Source: Yuukianura sp. NJ FZ-2021 (taxonomy: Eukaryota). Taken from it: 64,000 nt of DNA. The DNA lies in NCBI GenBank assembly GCA_046563655.1, contig CM102286.1, positions 5,332,001 through 5,396,000 of the forward strand, in the 5' to 3' direction. Every line of letters begins with the position of its first letter. Positions within the stretch are counted from its first letter, which is position 1. The notes beneath the pieces were generated by a model that saw nothing but the letters and a program-made list of their open reading frames with translations, was not told the origin of the DNA and searched no databases. This document shows, one piece after another, positions 47,201 to 59,200 of the stretch. Position numbers and translations under genes: made by a program.

Positions 47201-50200
47201 CAATTGGCACCAAATCGACTCCACTTTCGTAAGATGACTGTAAGACAGGATGACAAGTGTTATAGGATTGTAACTAGGTCAACCGTTACCTTGAGGTATT
47301 ACGTCAGGATTCTTTTCGTCTGAATCACAGGTATCCGAAGCGTCAATTTTGAGCGGCGTAGAAGAAGCCTTTTCACCACGACGTCTCTGTCGCCGGATGC
47401 GGGAACAGTGGTATCTCAGAGCAAGGATAATTAGGAAAACAATGACAAGAGCAGCACAGACTCCAATCAAAATGCTCAGCGTCTGGTTCAGCTCAAACGG
47501 AGCACTCGGAGGCTTAGCTGCAAATGACAACAAAATTAGTCACGGCGGAAGAAATTTTTGTTTTTGCAAAATATGTCCTGTAGAAGCGGAAGTCAGAGGT
47601 TTCGGCGCACATTTTCATGTAGAAAAAAAAACAAAGAATTTTCAGAACATCCAAGCCGAATTGAAAGCAGCTGTAATGAACAAGATAAATAGTGTGTAAG
47701 AAATTCGCACGTAAATGAAAGATGCCGATAGAATCGTTTTATTTTGCAAAATTGAAAATAATTTGAGATCTTTGTTTTTTTATTGTTTCCGTTGTTTTTG
47801 AAACGCAAAGATTTGCGTTGTTATTTTTTGCCAACGAGCGCAGTGCAGTTGCGTAGGTGGAGTGAATTTGAAAAAAAAAACTGGTACCTAACTATGTTTT
47901 TAGTCAAAAGCATGCAACACATTACGTTGCTCTGCAAAAAGTGCAAGCGAAAGTCACATTTGAGCGCTCCTGGTGGTGAAATGTAATTAAAAGGAACAGA
48001 GGAATAGAAGGCTTTTCATTACATTTTTTTTGGAAACAGGAAAATTTTAAACCCTTTTCTCTTTTTACTTTCACTTTTTTTCTCAGCGGTTTAACTTTCC
48101 TGAAATTACTTTGTCAAATCCAATTTCGTCAAAAGAATTCTTCTGGAAGGTAATTTTAAACTTTTCTGTTCTCAAACTGCTAAAAGAACTTTTTTCTTTT
48201 TATTCTTTCAAAAAGCAAGCCGATTTCAATTTACTACTTGAAAGGAACTGAGTCATTGAATTCTTTTCTAATCCAATTCAGTCGAGATGACACAAATCTA
48301 ACCTGAAGAACATAAGTTAGAAAGAAAAGAAAGTAAATTCAAAATTTGTCTTTACACAAAGAAGAATCAATTAGTATTAAAAGATTTCTTTGCGACTAGT
48401 TACTGGAAAGGTTTCTGAGAAGTTTTACTTCAAAAAAATGAAAAATTTCATCATTTCAGACAAATGCGCTAGAACTTTGGGAGCAGCATGTGAAAAGGAC
48501 TTTGAAGTTTTTTTTTGTCGAGATCAAATAATGGAAAAAGAGGTTGGGTGTCCCACTGCAGCAAAGTGAAGAAGAAAGTTTTGGTTTCAAAGAAATCTGG
48601 CTCAGTTATTTGTTTTTGTCTCTCTGACTCTTGAAGAAATAAACAACAGAGAAGTGGTTAGCAGAGATAAGAACACAATGGGGAGGACTTTCACTTCTAC
48701 CGAGATAGTTTTCAAAAACTTAAAACGGAAATAATAAAAAGTATTTTTATGATATTTTTTTTCATTTCACTTTTTGAAAATCTGACATAAAACGCACACT
48801 TTTCTGAGCAACTGGAGTTTAATTTTTGGCCGATTTAATTTGAAGACTTTTGAATTCTATATTTCAAAACTAAAAATTTTTGTCTAGGAGTTTTGAAAAA
48901 TCGCGCGGGAGAAACTTTTGACCTCGGGAACTCAGAATTTGTAACGAAGAGACGGATCTTGTTTCTGACAAAGTCTCTTCCGTTTTTGTTGCTCTAACCT
49001 CCGCCGCATTTCCCAGCCAGTTTTTCCTTGACACTGAAATGTTTCTATGGTTGGATGCTCTCATGAAAAAAGTTGAAGATCTAATCAAAGATCAAAACAA
49101 AAATGGCGACCACAAAGTAATTTGTTCTCTCCGTTTCTTTTGTTGGCAAAGTGTCCTCTCGTAACAAAGCCAAGAACTTGGTCTTTCCCTGACGGAGGGA
49201 AAGTGAGGGAAGGCCGGAGAGAATAAAAGTAAACCTCTTAGAAGTAAGTCTTTGAGCAGTCGAACAAAACAGACTTGATTCGATTAACAATTGAGTGAGA
49301 GAAAGTGCTTTCTCTCTGCCAACCTCTACTTAAGTTGGTCCAAATGAAATGATATCACATTAGACTTTGACCAAAGAAACCGAACTTGAGGGCTCAATTG
49401 CGCTCTAATTTGTAAACATTGTTTGGACTATTTATATTGTTTGTCTCAGAACTTTTGCATGAAATTAGATCCTTGGTTGTGCAAATATACAGATGGATGT
49501 TTCCATGTGAAATTGTCCATGGAAGTTAATGGATGATGGCATCAGGAAGCGTTGTTGGAGAAGATAAGGGCTTCTGGGACAAGCAGAGGATGCATTTAAA
49601 TTAGCTATGTGCACAGCAAATTAAAGTTGGCTCATTTAGAAACAAAGTTTTTTTCCTAAATTTTTTTTTTAGAAAACAACTGAGAAAGTGGAGCCTACAA
49701 ATGGAGGGGGAAGTGATTCGAATAACTTTGTAAGAACAAAGTGTGGTAAAAGTTGGTGCGCTCTGTTCTAAAACAGAGGATTAAAGAAACAGTGGAGCAA
49801 AGCATAGCAAAGGAAGTTTAGGTAATAACACTTAAATGAGAAAGAATTCTTACGCTTCTCTCTCGTCAGGATTTTTTCGGGGAGTCTCATAGTGAATGCG
49901 GGTACGGCCGTTAGTTCCGAGCGCCCTTTGTTATTGGCAGCGTAGACGTGAGCTAGGAAGGAAAGTCCTGGCTCTAGCCCAGTGACACTGAATGCGGGAG
50001 TGCTGGAAGTGAGGTTTGTTCGCATCTTTTGGTTGGTGATTTCGTAAAGTTCAAGAACAAAGTACTGCGGGAGACCACCGTTGAACCCTTCGTTGCACTG
50101 GAGGAAGAAGGAGTCCGTCGAATGGTTTGCCACCGAACAATTATGCACCGAATCCGGCCGACCTGAAAAAAAAACAACCGTCAGGTTATGTTTATTTAAG

Positions 50201-53200
50201 GAAAAGTTGACCACTTAAGCTGTGTGAAACAGGCATAGGTGCAGACTGCATTTCATGCTGTCACACTTCAAAAGTTTTGTGTGATGCAGCATGTCATGAA
50301 AACTGCAACTATAATTCGGAGAAGTCCGACAAGTAGACCTGTATAACTGCGGTGGCCAGCGGGATTTTGTAATTTGATCAGAAAAATGCTGGTTATGTGT
50401 CACATGACGTTGCAGGTTTGGGTTACTTACTTACTCGAATTTATTTTCAAAATCCAGTTTTTTTTTGCGGAGGGCCAAGTAACGCACCAAATTATAAGTG
50501 AAAGGAAATTTTAAGTTAACGTTACTTAATTATTGTCTGTCACACACAACAAAAAGTTAGAAAAGGAATTACTGCGGACACGGAGTACAAAAAATAAACC
50601 GTAAAACTATGAACAGCTACGAAAGCAGTACGAGGTCGTCCCATCTCGTTTGGAAACATTAAAAAAATTGGAGGAGAGAGGAAACGATAATTAATTTTGT
50701 GAAAAGGGATTAAAGTACAATTAACTCTAGATGTTAGACGAGTTTGAGCTAAAAACTAGAATTATTGCATCCAGCACGGAAGCAGCAACTCGAGACACGC
50801 CATAATCCTTGCTACATAGTAGTCACACCATTGAGCCTTACCTGCAGCAATAATGTGATAGACGCAAGGCACTCGTTGATCCCCTATCTTGTTTGTTGCC
50901 CAACAAAGAAGAGTTCCATAATCGAGCTCAGTCATTGGTGTGTAGGTGACAACGCTCCGAGTTCCGGAATTCCTAGAGAAAGTATAAATCCATTATTTGA
51001 AACAGGGATTTCATGATTCAGTACACGTGCCTGGCCATGTTAGGCTAACTTAACCTAGACATACTAGACGTAGTTGGATCCTCCCTATTCTCACCCATGT
51101 GAACACACTAATAAGATATTGAGCCCATTTCCTCCTCTTATTAGTCAATTTCCAACGAGGCAGAAAGAGGAGAAAGCACAAGGGAAAGCCCTTTCATCTT
51201 CAAGGACCAGTTCAAACAAGGGTCTAGTGACAGAGGCTTAGGGATTATTAACTCCATTCCTATTTTCTGAGTTCACTAATTCATCTGTTTCTTCCAAAAT
51301 ATTTCTCTGTCAAACTTTTTTGGACATTTTGGTTGCTGTTTATCAAACGAACTCAACACTGTTTGCCCCTGTCTCGATTACTCTGGATTACTGGCAGTTC
51401 CAAACCTAAAAATAGACATTATAAAACCAAAATACACAAAAAAAAGGCAAAAAACAACACTTTTTTTTTAAATATACGACAGAAGCTAGGTTAACAGCAA
51501 GAAAACGCGTGAAAAAACTGGCGTAAATGGATGATGGAAACTCATGGAAATTTCAACACCTAATTTTTTTGCTGTTCCATGTGAGTATAATTTTCGAAAG
51601 CCAAAAAATTGTTTGAGTAGCTTCGAAAATTTGGTTTCATAATTTAAGCTAGGTGTAGAAATTGAGAACGATCAAATGTGACAGAATGAAAGTGGAGCTC
51701 AAGTTTTTAGATTAAGTGGGAATACCATTAGTTGTCATCTCAGGGCGTTGGTTGGACGCGGAATTGAAAAACTTTGAATTTTTGATACCCCTATATCCTC
51801 GAATAAATTAGATTAAGGATGAGGGTGGTTTTTGTTCCTATGGAACGCAGGGCATAAAATCTGCATTAGTTTCTCTGTATAAATAAGGCGGGGAGTGAGC
51901 ATATGCTATTTGAGGTGACAGGTAATTACAATTTAAAGGGCAGGGAAGGTGTCGTTTCTGGAAGAAAGTGGAGAAAGTAAAGAAGAAGTTATGAGACACA
52001 ATTCTTTTGCCAAGACTTTTCCTTCCTGTGCTCATCCACCTTCCTTCTCCTGCTGTTTGCTGCAGATGAGCTAAAGGTAAGGGATAATGGAGTTGTGCAT
52101 AACTAAAGTGTTTTCCTATTCTGAACCTGTCTCCAGCAGAACCTAAGAATAGGGTTATGGTAGACCTCCGGTTATGTAGGGCAAGAGGAAGGAAGTGAAT
52201 CGGGACTTAAGGGGTACATGGGGCTATGTTCTCAGAATAAAAGGAACATGGGCAACTGTTCCTTATTTATGTTTCTCGTAAAAGTAAATCTAACTATAAA
52301 GTACAGAGACACCTCTAAGATACAAACTCTTTTTCTCCTTTCTCTCAGTGGCGGGATACCGTAAGACTCAAAATTTTGGAGGGAATAGTTTCCGTTGCTG
52401 TTTTTTTTTCTCTTCACAAAACGAACTAAAGTAAATGTTCTCACCTTAACCTTTCAGCTTTAATTGTCTGGTATTTTGTTTAAATTACTTAAAACACTTA
52501 ATTATAACGAAAAATGCCAAAAGTTGAAAGTCCGACTCTGTTTACCAAGAGAAAAATACTGGCAGAACTTGGCAATATCCCGCGAAAAGACATCTGTGCC
52601 AAATATTCTATCGCTAAGTCGACATTGAGCCTGCTGATTAAGAAGAAAGATGAACTGGAAAACTTCAAGGGGAATCCAAAGGTCAGTAGATTTTTGAATA
52701 TAATTACGATTAGTTTTAAATGACCTACGAGAGTTATTGAAAATTTTTTGATTTTTGACCAATGTTCCTCGTGTTTTTTTTTTGCAGAAAAGGAAGTCTG
52801 TTGTTCAGGGTAAAGTAAAAACAATGGACGAAGTGCTTATGCGATGGATTACTGAACAACGAGCAAATGGAATTCCGCTCTCCAAGTCACTAATTAAAGA
52901 AAAGGCTCGAATTCTGGATCCAAATGGGAACAAGAAATTTTCTAACGGTTGGTTCGAAAAATTTCAAAAAAGGAACAACCTAGCCCATAAGCGAATTTGC
53001 GGTGAGGAACTGGAAGTTGACCTAGAAAACCTGGACAACTGGAAACTAAACGTTTTAGCCCCCACAACACGAAACTACAGTGACTCCGACATTTTTAACG
53101 CTGACGAATCAGCGCTTTTTTTCAAAAAACTACCCAGCACGACATTTGATGTAAAAGGTGGGAAGGTCACTGGAATTAAGTTTTAACTTCTAATTTAATT

Positions 53201-56200
53201 TTAATTTAATGTTTTTTTTTTGAATAGGGAAAAAGTGCTTTGGCCTGAAAGCTTCAAAGGAAAGAGTGACTTTGTTAGCCTGTTGCAACAAAACCGGCGA
53301 TCAGAAACAGCCACTGCTAATTATCGGAAAATCTAAAAATCCGAGGTGTTTCAAGAACACTAAATTCGCCTCAGAATTTACTTATCGTTCGTCAAAGAGG
53401 GCCTGGATGACACGGGAATTATTTTCCGAGTGGCTGGCAACGTTTAATTCAAAGATGGCAGAACAGAAAAGGATGGTGTTGCTCATACTGGACAATTTTA
53501 GCGGACATGTGGTTGAGGAGGAACTTTTTCCAAATTTGCAACTTTTATTTTTGCCACCCAATACAACTTCAAAGAGCCAGCCACTGGATTGCGGAATTAT
53601 TCAGTCCCTGAAACAAAATTATTGTTACCAAATTGTTAAAGTTTTGGATTCTGGGAAAGATCTGCATGATGTGAAACTTTCTGATGGGATAGAAATGCTT
53701 TGTCAATCGTGGAATGATGTCAAGCAAGAAACAATTGTTAATTGTTTTAGAAAAAGCGAGAAAATTGGTTAAGGCTCTAAATTACAAATCCAATCAATAA
53801 ATGTGTGCACGCCTCGTCGCTTTTTGAAAATTTACGGTATCGGCGTCCTTTCACTTCCTAAAACAACCAATCACAGCGAGTTTGTATCTTAGAGGTGTTT
53901 CTGTATCATAATTGCCAACAGAGAAAGTCTTTGTTAGGGTTCCTTCTCATCCAATGGAGTAAAGGAACCTCTGACTAAAAAGAAATGTTTTTTCAAAATA
54001 CGTTCAACAAAGGAAATGGCATGTTAGCCATTTTGGATTGAAGCTATAACCCAAAACCGTAGGTCAATTTTACCCTAACAAAACAATCCTCACGTGGAAC
54101 AAATTGAAAGGCAAGAAAAACTTTCACTTTATGGGGTCACTGCCATGAGCTGGCAAGTATTGGAGAAAGTGGTGGCGAGTATTTTATTGGCCTCTAAACT
54201 TATTTAATACCTCTGTACAGTCAATTCTGAGGCTATTAACCATTTAAGCCCGTCAGCACGGACGCTCATTTCAATTCCTCTTATTGTTTTGGCTCGGGAT
54301 TTGCTCCACTATGAGCTTACATGGAATGTTGGTGAAAGCTGTACTAACCTGTATCTGGATCCTGGAACGTCAATGCTCTCTGCAGAGTTATTAAATGTCC
54401 ATCGGAAGGAAACTACAGCCGGATTGGCATCCACATCACAGCTGATATTGGCATTCTCTACTTTGGCAACTCCGTGGACACGCACTTGGTTCGGACGACA
54501 GGTCGGCGAGTCTGGAATTCCAAGGCAAACCACAGCCCCAATTTGGTTAACAGGCATTTTACTTGTTAAATATTAGTAATCTCTAGTGACTAGCATATAT
54601 CATAAATCCACAACATAAATTCAGTTCTAAACTACCAAATTCCGTGCTACATTCGAATCCATAATGACTTGAAACCAAACAGTTTAACTACATTTTCCTT
54701 GTAAACATTTTCCGCTAGACGGGAAAACACTTTCACTCTGAAAACTCCAAAACATTGTTAACGCAGTAAAAAAAACACATAGAACGTTGAGACAAAAAAA
54801 AATTATTTGTTGCAGTAGACGTTCAGTCACAAAATAAGAAAATTCAATTGCTAGAATAAATTAAAAAGGAATAAAAAAAAACATCTAATGTCATGTTTTG
54901 TTTATGTAGATTTAGGATTTTAGCACTAAGTGGCAGGGTTTTTTTTTGTACTTTTTCATACTAGTGAAGTTAAGTTGAAGTTAAATTTTTAGTTAAACCT
55001 TGGTTTGAAGTCCTATTGTAGCCTTAGCTTAAATTGAAAGCATCAATTAAATGTCAAGCGTTAGTGAATCATAGTTGAGAAGCACTAAGAACTCCCAAAG
55101 GTAAGCTTGACATATTGCAAATGATGGGAAAGAACAGAATGGAAAGCAAGGTGTAATCCTTTACTCTCTCCAATGAATTTACTAAGTCTAAGTTAGGTTT
55201 GTGTTAAGGTTAACTTACAAAGAACGTCGAGGAAGAAAGCTTTACTTTCCCCTTCCCCTTCAGAACTCTTGCCAATGCAGGTATAGTTCCCAGCAGAGAC
55301 ACGCGTCACCCTTTGAAGTACGAGACTTTGATTTGTCATGATCACTCCAGCACTGATGTTGTGCCCAAGCAATTTGCCCTGAAAGAAAGCTCATCCCATT
55401 ATAAGCACCACAATTTAAATTCAATCCCGTTGACCTTTTGAAGTCCCCGAAGTGACACAAAGGAAAATTTAATTTCAATCTCAAACAGATTATAGAGGAA
55501 CAGGGAGAAAGGAGGACGAGCGGATCAAAAGAAAAGGAAAACCTATTCATTTTCTGCACTACTAATTTAAAAATGAAATTTCCCGCTAAGCCCTCCATAA
55601 GTCAACTTTCCCTAAACAATTACTTTTCTCCCCTCCAAGGTTTTGAATTCTGAAAAAAACGAAGTTTGTGTTGGAGGAGACCTGGAATGTTTTACTTTCA
55701 TAATGCCTGGTATTAAATTTTTAAAACAATTTTTATGTTGAAGTGGATTCAATTCAATTAGTTGATGAATAATATTTAGAGCTTAAACTTTCCTCCCTTA
55801 TAAACTTTCCCTAATCCTTGGATTTTCACATTTGTATTGAAAGGAGCAAGTTTTAGGAAAGAAGCGCCCATTAACTTCTCATTTTGTTCTTAAAGTTGAA
55901 TCTAAATCTGCGTCTAATGAGAATGAAATTGGCAGACCCAATTGCCAAACTTTGGCAATCTCCTGCTGTCGCCCCTGCGTACAACTTGCGTTCAAGTACA
56001 CCGTTATGCTATAACATAACGTAGTCACTTAAGTGTAGTGGCATGTACTTACGTTATGCCTCCAGTCAACTTTGGTGACTGGTGGATTAGCATCAATGAC
56101 ACAGTCAAAGTACACGTCCGACCCTTCCTTGATGTAATCCCCACTGAGAGATGAGCCAAGTTTGAGCCTGGTCTCAGGAGCATCTGCAATTCAAGTTAAA

Positions 56201-59200
56201 AAGTTTTAAAGTTTAGAAAAGATAATAGAAAGTTAATAAATAGAAAGAAAGTTATAATTATAATTAACTGTTTGCCTTTTGTTCCAACTTTGGCTTCTTC
56301 TAACTAGAGTTGGTGTGGTTAAACAAACTTTTCCCTTTACACCCTGAGGTCAATGACCCCTAACCACAATGGCTCCCACTAGCATAAAACTTTCATCCAA
56401 AACTCTCCGCAATGTACATAATTTATGTTAACTTGTGTACGGAGGGGGTTGGACAGCAACGGAATGTACGCAAGAAATAGCGGAAACGCGAAAAGATTTT
56501 TTATTCCAACTCGCAGAATCCCTGAAAATTCTGAATTGAAAAAGGAAACTTCTTATGGCCGCAACAATTCAAAAAATTTGCAATGTTGCAGGAGACACAA
56601 ATGGCCCGTTACAATTTAATTTTTTTTTTCAAAATTCCAAACTGTTCAAAAAAGCAGGATTATGAGGAAATGTAACGCCTGAGGGGAAGTGCGAAGATGA
56701 GGGAGGACGGATTTTAAAAAGCAAAGTACAGCATGTGAGGAAAGCTAACAAACTGGGAGAAAGTTTTAGTTTTATGAATTCAAAAAATTGGCGTGTAGTT
56801 TTAAAACTTTTGGGCCATCCTGTACCTCCGTTGCGGCTTATGCACTCTTCTCCTCCTTTGGTATATTTCCGTGTTCTGTTTCTAGGATAAAGTGAATTTG
56901 TAGCTGGAGGAGAGGATACAATGAAGAGATCGATTTAGAATTCATAGGATTTTTGTGTTTCCCTTTCCGCTTTCTCCTCTTTTCAATCATCTTTCTCCGC
57001 CTGGAAAATTGGATACACTGCGTGGTGGTTGAAATAAATTGAAAGTGAATGTAGAAATACCCACGGAGAAAAATGAACAAGATGCAGTTTTTGTGTCTGT
57101 GCTGTATCCTCAAATTGTTTTTTGCAAGTATTCAGGATGATGTTTTCGATGTTTTTGTAATGACAAAGAATTATTCCAGTTGGTTACCGTCTACTTTTTT
57201 TGAAAACTGGGACTTATGCATTTCCTTGAGCCTTTCTTTTCTATTTTTTTTTCATTTCTGTTTACTCAACTGCAGTTTTGGAGAGAAGAAAGAAAGCTTT
57301 TTGGTATCCCCCAGGGATCTTGACTTTGGATCAAACTTTCATCCAGAATTTAAAGTGGGCTTTAACTCAATAAAACTCAGCAAGGGGCCAGAGCCACTGA
57401 CCTTGTTACTTTAATAATGTAGCAAACGAATGAACTTCTCCCACTTTGTAATATCTGACTACTCTAGAGGTTATCAATATTAAATTCGCATTTCAGTAGC
57501 CAGTTTCAGTTTTTGGAACAAATTTCTGTAATTTTAGTTTCAAAATTTTGGCAACCCAAATGTAGCTTCACATATATTTTTCTGAAAAAAAAAGCCGCCA
57601 GTATTTCCAAAATCTTAAGTGATAAAAGTGAAACCAAAAATTTTAGGTAAAGAGTCTGGTAGACAAAAATTCACTTGAGAATTTTGTGGCTAATTTACAA
57701 GTGTATAATTTTTTGAAAAGTGTAGCGTTCAACTTGACTAAAATCCACTCAAGCAATGATTATAAAAAAGTTAGAGCATAAAGACTCCTACTACGCTTTT
57801 ATTAATTTAAAGTTGGTTCAACCTGAGAGTAAATGGCTCATATTCAACGTAAAAAATTATGCAGCGTAGCTCTTTTAAGAACTTAACTGCCATAGTTCTG
57901 AACCGACTATTTAAAAAGAAAGCGTGTGGAGATAACAAAGGCTACATAGTGTTTGCTCTGAAGAACGAACAACTCTGCCTCGTTCCACCTTATTCCAGTA
58001 AAGGACTCAAGGGCTCTTCCAAGTCTAAAACCTTAAATCTAGAATTTTATGATGCGGAAAAAGAAGTGGAGTCAAAGGAGGCAGGGAAGACATTATGCTG
58101 ATTAGCCCTCCCTCGATCGCCACTCCAGGGCTAGAGAAGGAGGCAGAACGGAGAGAAAAGTTAGGTTATGTTAGGTTAGTTTGCTTTCCCGGGTTCCCAT
58201 TTCCCCATTGTCCAACAACGTTCTTCCAGCCTACTCCGACTGCATACAAAGCACACTCTGACTTTCTCTCCAATGGAAATTTCCTGTCTTCGTCTTCTAC
58301 ATTCTCAATTCGCAACTATCGCTTCAAAGAGCGCATCACACGAAGAGTCACAGAACTGTTTTGGCATTATTGCCTCTGAGATTTTTGTTATTTCTGACAA
58401 AGTTAGAGTAGGAAATGGAACCTCCACTTGGAATAAATGTATTGAACTACTTTAGATGAAAGAACATGTGAGGAAAGTTGGAAGAAAGCGTTTGAATCTA
58501 GTCCGTGGAAGTTGGATTGCGTGTTAGCTTTGATTCCATGGGAAGATTTAAGAAGGTTCATGTTTGCTTTTGGAAGAAAGTTGGGAAGAAAGCGAAGGAA
58601 GTTGCTTTACTTACAGAGTACTTCCAGCTTCCATCCATCATCCAAAACTTTGGACGGAATAATGGAGTTCTCGGCTCGACAGGAGAGGGTTTTCCCTGAG
58701 TCTTCTTTCTCGGGAACTAGAACGAGAGCACTCGTAGTTGTGTTTCCATCTTTAGAGGTCTGCAATAGTCACAAATTAATTTAAGTGTAAAAGTCTCTCA
58801 AGAGGTGTCATAAAATCTTAATGGAACAAAGATACTCCTAGATGGAACGAAGATATTCCAACTTTTCTTCTTTGGAAATGCACAACTTGGGACTTTGTCA
58901 CACAATTACAATTGCAAATCCAAACGAACCAAACTAAGAATTTAAAAGGTGAACTCAAAAGTTGTGACACGAAAAAGCAAATGGAATTCAGAAGTTGTTA
59001 GGTTCGGTTTCGTTCACTGCGTACATAAAAGAGAAAATAGCAAAGTGTATTATGCGCAGCTTAATAAAGTGACAACTGAAAACTATCTCAGTACATTGTA
59101 CCATGACGCGTGAAGGTACAAAATGCATTTATTCTGTTGCTTTTGCTATGTTAACGTATTATAAATGTGAATTTTATGCTAGTTTTCAAAGAAGTACAAA

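Noticed and set aside
54321..54348. Alternative donor CAT|GTAAGC extending the Ig5 exon of paralog B
   Set aside because: It adds 28 nt and frameshifts to an early stop; the 54349 donor gives exact colinearity with paralog A.
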